A stretch of 14,945 nt of DNA. Source: Promethearchaeota archaeon (GTDB taxonomy: Archaea > Asgardarchaeota > Lokiarchaeia > Sigyniarchaeales > SOKP01). Of the stretch, positions 14,026-14,945 are shown one piece after another. A program made the translations under genes and the position numbers. The notes beneath the pieces are model-generated. The model saw only the letters and a program-made list of their open reading frames with translations. It was not told the origin of the DNA and did not search any database. The stretch is from the NCBI GenBank assembly GCA_011364975.1, contig RDOE01000078.1, positions 1 through 14,945 on the forward strand, written 5' to 3'. Position 1 is the stretch's first letter, and the number at the start of each line of letters is the position of its first letter.

Positions 14026-14945
14026 TTAATCACATATAATTGAAAATATTGGTTCTTCCATTTCTGGTTCTGCTTTCATCTCTAATTGCATTAATTGGAC
14101 CAATCGAAGTGTTTCATACCTAACTTTTTTCGCATCAATTCCCGTTTTCTTTGCGATATTACTAATAGTAGAAGGTCCTTGAAAAGTGATATAATCTAAC
14201 ACAGTTTGCCTTGGAGTCTTCTCAAATGTCATCAGTTCTCTCTTTGACTTTAGATTAATGGCTATTTTAAGTTCTTCTTCATTTACTTCACCTTGATCAA
14301 ATAAACCTTTTTCAATAGCATGATCAACAAGCTCTTTTCCACGCTCAGTCCATACTATCACTGTAGTATAACCCTTCTTAGAACCTACTTCGCCAGCAGT
14401 TAGATCCGAATAAATTGCTGGGAAATCTTGACAATGAGAACAGAAGTGATTACAACTTAAACATCTTCTTGCCTCTTGTAAAGCCATGTCTTCATTGAAC
14501 ATCTTATCAATCTCATCAAAAGACCAGTTTATTTCTTCAGTTGCTTCTTCTAATGATTCAGGTTTTAATGAATAATCTTTTGGAGGTTTCTTAGGTCCAG
14601 TGAAAAATGAATTCGCCTTTTTATATCTTCCGTCTACTAAGTTTTCACCTTTTAAATACCTTTCAATAGAGATTGCTGCCTCTTTTCCATGAGCAATTGC
14701 AGCGATAGCTACTGCTTTGGAATTATTAATGATATCTCCTCCAGCAAACACTCCGGGAATATTCGTTTCAAACGTAATTTCGTTTACTTTTATTTTGTTT
14801 CGCTCTTTTTCCAATTCATCGTTAGTTGCTGCATCTATTTGGTTAAAATCAACGGCTTGACCGACTGCTATCACTATTTTGTCTACAGGGATTTCATAAT
14901 CAGAGCCTTCAACTTTATTTAATGGTCTTCTTCCATTCTCATCTG
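14026..14945 (-). CDS. 3' part of a multidomain oxidoreductase: GltD/NfnB-like FAD/NAD(P) module + FrhB/FdhB C-terminal segment + terminal wHTH (5' end beyond the right edge of the window)
   Basis: Frame open to the window edge: DENGRRPLNKVEGSDYEIPVDKIVIAVGQ..TNIPGVFAGGD..AIAAIAHGKEAAISIERYL..EARRCLSC (GltD-like), then CSHCQDFPAIYSDLTAGEVGSKKGYTTVIVWTERGKEL..AIEKGL (FrhB-C-like), then VLDYITFQGPSTISNIAKKTGIDAKKVRYETLRLVQ (wHTH). Confidence 0.87.
   Translation of the reverse strand, partial: DENGRRPLNKVEGSDYEIPVDKIVIAVGQAVDFNQIDAATNDELEKERNKIKVNEITFETNIPGVFAGGDIINNSKAVAIAAIAHGKEAAISIERYLKGENLVDGRYKKANSFFTGPKKPPKDYSLKPESLEEATEEINWSFDEIDKMFNEDMALQEARRCLSCNHFCSHCQDFPAIYSDLTAGEVGSKKGYTTVIVWTERGKELVDHAIEKGLFDQGEVNEEELKIAINLKSKRELMTFEKTPRQTVLDYITFQGPSTISNIAKKTGIDAKKVRYETLRLVQLMQLEMKAEPEMEEPIFSIICD

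Noticed and set aside
14689-14922. 77-aa plus-strand ORF
   Set aside because: Antisense to the conserved GltD-like frame.

Overview
AT-rich archaeal-style DNA (roughly 30% GC by eye), most likely from an Asgard archaeon of the Lokiarchaeia/Promethearchaeia. This is an inference from an IPGY-TM-basic 'Loki-CTERM'-type tail, paralogous TPR proteins, TTTAAATA TATA boxes, GGTGA Shine-Dalgarno motifs and oligo-T terminators. Left to right: a partial ~10-TM membrane protein missed by the ORF track; two membrane-anchored surface proteins (beta-helix; triple GATase-like/GIFT); a SagB-type dehydrogenase; an FAD oxidoreductase whose N-terminus lacks a canonical start codon; a TPR protein; a wHTH regulator divergent from a secreted Trp-rich protein; a TPR protein with a C-terminal C4C4 (NOT4-like) RING; tusA; and the 3' part of a GltD-like/FrhB-C/wHTH fusion. 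Best leads: (1) three 19-bp pseudo-palindromic boxes at an exact 27-bp period over the secreted protein's promoter, with related sites elsewhere in the window; (2) a TPR-RING candidate E3 ligase near a RING-less paralogue; (3) the GltD-FrhB-wHTH fusion; (4) the non-canonical start. No CRISPR, rRNA, tRNA or mobile element was seen. All family calls come from motif recognition, not database searches.
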